From Octopus sinensis (taxonomy: Eukaryota), in contig NC_043014.1 of the NCBI RefSeq assembly GCF_006345805.1, forward strand, positions 30,070,001-30,134,000: DNA of 64,000 nt, given 5' to 3'. Below, piece by piece: positions 62,660 through 64,000 of this stretch (position 1 is its first letter; each line of letters starts with the position of its first letter). Under the pieces are notes generated by a model that saw nothing but the letters and a program-made list of their open reading frames with translations, searched no databases and was not told the origin of the DNA. The translations under genes and the position numbers were made by a program.

Positions 62660-63740
62660 TCTGATGCTGCAGTCAACGCACATAACTTCTTCTTTTCCAC
62701 TTCGCCTTTGGCTATGTATACCTGCCGCCCACCCTCCTTTTTGGCTACGTGGTACAGTTCCCTGCTACCCACACCCTTCCTGGCTTTCCAGGCCCATTTC
62801 TTTGCTCTAATAGCTTTGTCTACCATACTATTCTACCACCACGTAACTCTAGGTCTAGAAGGGACTTTGCACCATCCACAGACTCGGTCTGTGGCACTCA
62901 GCAAGCTGTCCCGTAGGAATTTCCAGCTATCTTCTATGTCCAATGTCTGTAGCTCCTCCTCCCGCTCATCAAATTTCTTGATGAGGATGTCCCTAAATCT
63001 CTGACCATGTGAAGGGTTCTTTAGCTTCCAAATCCTTCTTTTTTGGATTGATCTGCTTCTTGGTATCCTTCTGGCCTCGAGCCTAAAGTCACTAATGACT
63101 AGCCTATGCTGGGGGGTACATTCTTCACCCGGGAGGGTCTTTGTATTTAAGAGCAACCCTGCGTCCTGCTATCAGGTGAGGATGAAATCAATCTGGCTAG
63201 CAGAGTCCCCTGATTGATAGGTTAACAGGTGGCTGTCTGGCTTCCTGAAGTTAGTGTTGCAGATTAAAAGGTTACATGCATCACAGAACTCCAGTAGCCT
63301 AGTTCCCTCATTGCTTCAGGCGCCAATACCATGGCCACCATGTACCCCAGTGAAGATACCAGATTCCCGCCCAACATGCCCATTAAAATCTCCAGCCACT
63401 CGTCTTTGAGGTAGCCTGTAGAAGGGTATCATAAAAGTGGTCCTTCTGATCATTTGGTATCCCCACATGTGGGGCGTAGGTGGAGATAATTGTAGCTGTG
63501 CTGTATTGCAGGACTAGCCTGAACTTAAGCACTCTATCACATACCCTAACAACCTCTATGACTTTATCCACCCATTTCTCCACAAGGAGTATGCCTACAC
63601 CCCCTATGCCATCCATGTTACCTTGCCAGAAGACTTTATACCTATGGGCCTTGCCTGTGAGGACCCTAGCTGAAGCTCCTCTCCATCTTACCTCTTGTAT
63701 GCAGCAGACATCAACCCGTCTCCTTTCAAGCATCTCTATC
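62660..63740 (-). mobile_element. RTE LINE ORF 5' part (AP endonuclease), disrupted
   Basis: MLERRRVDVCCIQEVRWRG, GGVGIL, ISTYAP, AGDFNGHVG, LICNTNFRK, SQIDFILT, QHRLVISDF, VTWW. Confidence 0.92.
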
Positions 63741-64000
63741 ACTGTCATTTAACATCTGTTTTCTATGCTGGTATAGGCTGGATGTTTCAACAGGGCTAGC
63801 AAACGAGAGAACTGTACCAAGTTCCAATATTTGCTTTGGGTTCTTCCTAATGCCAACAACTATAGAGAATGTACTGGGTGCTTTTTACATGATACCAGCA
63901 CTAATGAAGTTAGTAAGGAACTCACTAGAGACAAGAACCTTCAACTGAGGAAAGGGGAATAGTATGGAGGGATGTGGTTTTAAGTTGAGTATTGCCGGTT

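Overview
AT-rich, microsatellite-dense eukaryotic DNA that is almost entirely repeat-derived. The SINE, RTE and Penelope families look like those of an octopus (coleoid cephalopod); this is inferred from recognising repeat families, not from a database search. I cannot support any host protein-coding exon, rRNA gene or functional tRNA gene. Most ORF-track entries are translations of (TA)n, (CA)n, (GATA)n or (CAC)n tracts or of SINEs. The window holds decayed Tc1/mariner transposases, RTE, CR1/L2 and RLE-type LINE fragments, several tRNA-derived SINE families, two non-autonomous Helitrons and several TIR/fold-back elements. The main signal is a set of fold-back palindromes sitting in (TA)n tracts and carrying hammerhead-ribozyme (HHR) motifs. 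The largest is a ~4.3-kb head-to-head Penelope-like element (RT YRDD plus GIY-YIG) with a minimal type I HHR near each outer end, an asymmetric central deletion and a later Helitron insertion. There is also a 633-bp zero-spacer palindrome with an HHR-like motif in each arm, a 172-bp palindrome, two solo HHR motifs, and a perfect 40-bp-stem hairpin in apparently unique DNA. PLE-associated HHRs are a known class, so any novelty lies in this fold-back architecture rather than in a new gene system. Boundaries of decayed elements are approximate.
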